NCBI GenBank assembly: GCA_034520665.1
Contig: JAXHNJ010000001.1
Coordinates: forward strand, 130,579 to 194,578
Length of the DNA stretch: 64,000 bases
Direction: 5' to 3'
Origin: Patescibacteria group bacterium
Lineage (GTDB): Bacteria > Patescibacteriota > Patescibacteriia > JAXHNJ01
The notes under the pieces were generated by a model, which was not told the origin of the DNA, did not search any database, and saw only the letters and a program-made list of their open reading frames with translations. The translations under genes and the position numbers were made by a program. Numbering within the stretch: position 1 is the first letter of the stretch; every line of letters begins with the position of its first letter. Of this stretch, positions 63,419 to 64,000 are shown piece by piece.

Positions 63419-64000
63419 GCCGGAGCTACCAGAAGTAGAAACTATCAAGAGGGGACTGGAAAAGAAAATAATCGGCCAAAAGATTAGCCGTATTGATATT
63501 TTAGATGCCAAGCCGGTTGGTTCTTCTAACAAAAATTTTAAAAATAAATTAAAAGGGAGAAAAATAAAATCAGTCAAAAGACGGGCTAAAATTTTAATTA
63601 TTGGCTTTGATAGTGATTTGTTTATGATAGTGCATTTAAAAATTACCGGCCAATTGGTTTATCATAAAAAAAATGACCAGCATAATAAATACACCCGGGT
63701 AATTTTTTATTTTACTGATCAGACCAAGCTTTACTTTAATGATATGAGAAAGTTTGGTTATTTAAAGTTATTTAATAAGACTGAATTAGAAAAAGAGTTA
63801 AAAAGACTTGATTTTGGCCCGGAGCCTTTATCTTCAGATTTTAGACTAAAAAACTTTAGAGAAATACTAAAAAAAAGAAAAAATAAGCCGATTAAGCCGC
63901 TTTTAATGGATCCAAGGCTGATTGCCGGTATTGGTAATATTTACGCTTCTGAAGCCTGTTTTTTAGCTGGTATTAGACCAAGCCGGCGGGCTGGCACTTT
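63419..64000 (+). CDS. mutM: Formamidopyrimidine-DNA glycosylase (Fpg/MutM), N-terminal ~190 aa; the 3' end lies beyond the window
   Basis: MPELPEVETIKRGLEKKIIGQKI is the canonical Fpg N-terminus (catalytic P2, E3). The minus-strand ORF 63386..63577 is rejected. Confidence 0.85.

Noticed and set aside
1-64000. rRNA genes or prophage
   Set aside because: No 16S/23S/5S-like conserved sequence blocks were recognised, and no phage structural, terminase or integrase genes were seen.

Overview
This window is AT-rich (roughly 30-35% GC by eye) with compact genes, many short hypothetical membrane proteins and DUF-type proteins (DUF3467, DUF523, DUF11 repeats), and sortase-dependent surface proteins. 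That combination looks most like a Candidate Phyla Radiation (Patescibacteria-type) chromosome segment, but this is an inference from composition and gene content only.

Housekeeping genes I can support from sequence:
- dnaK (3' end; the 5' end is cut by the window edge), dnaJ, tRNA-dihydrouridine synthase, dnaX, uppS, rarA, queH, ispG, and the 5' part of mutM/fpg.
- A P-type cation ATPase, a histone deacetylase (HDAC)-family deacetylase, an ABC transporter pair, a family-4 uracil-DNA glycosylase, a GT2 glycosyltransferase, a CorA-like transporter, and a ClpB-type AAA module.
- Two tRNAs: tRNA-Gln(CUG) on the + strand and tRNA-Pro(CGG) on the - strand. No rRNA and no CRISPR array.

The most unusual content is in three places:
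1. A translationally coupled tandem pair of paralogous cassettes at 20.2-28.2 kb. Cassette 1 is a Rossmann-fold protein, a PaaK/CoF390-like adenylate-forming enzyme and a ThiF/E1-like enzyme. Cassette 2 is a SAM methyltransferase, a second PaaK-like enzyme and a second E1-like enzyme, running directly into a membrane sensor histidine kinase with a stand-alone receiver protein. Recently duplicated gene fragments (a ~490 bp internal piece of the kinase gene and a ~265 bp copy of the 3' end of the Rossmann gene) sit at the cassette borders. The second fragment creates a stand-alone 62-aa ORF.
2. An accessory island at 34.7-43.9 kb: a sortase, two large secreted proteins that end in an LPQAG-hydrophobic C-terminal signal and carry dockerin-like, thrombospondin type 3 and DUF11 repeats, a promoter module reused in front of three genes, GC-rich REP-like palindromes, a GIY-YIG nuclease, three REP-associated tyrosine transposase (RAYT, IS200-like) genes (one with an in-frame REP insertion, one flanked by ~120 bp tandem repeat arrays), and a tRNA-Pro with a partial 3' duplication.
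3. Smaller items: a tRNA-Gln sitting inside an element with 18-bp terminal inverted repeats and a 10-bp direct repeat; a ~280-nt terminator-bounded minus-strand transcript with no ORF; and an unannotated 57-aa ORF that looks like a bacterial histone-fold (DUF1931-like) protein.
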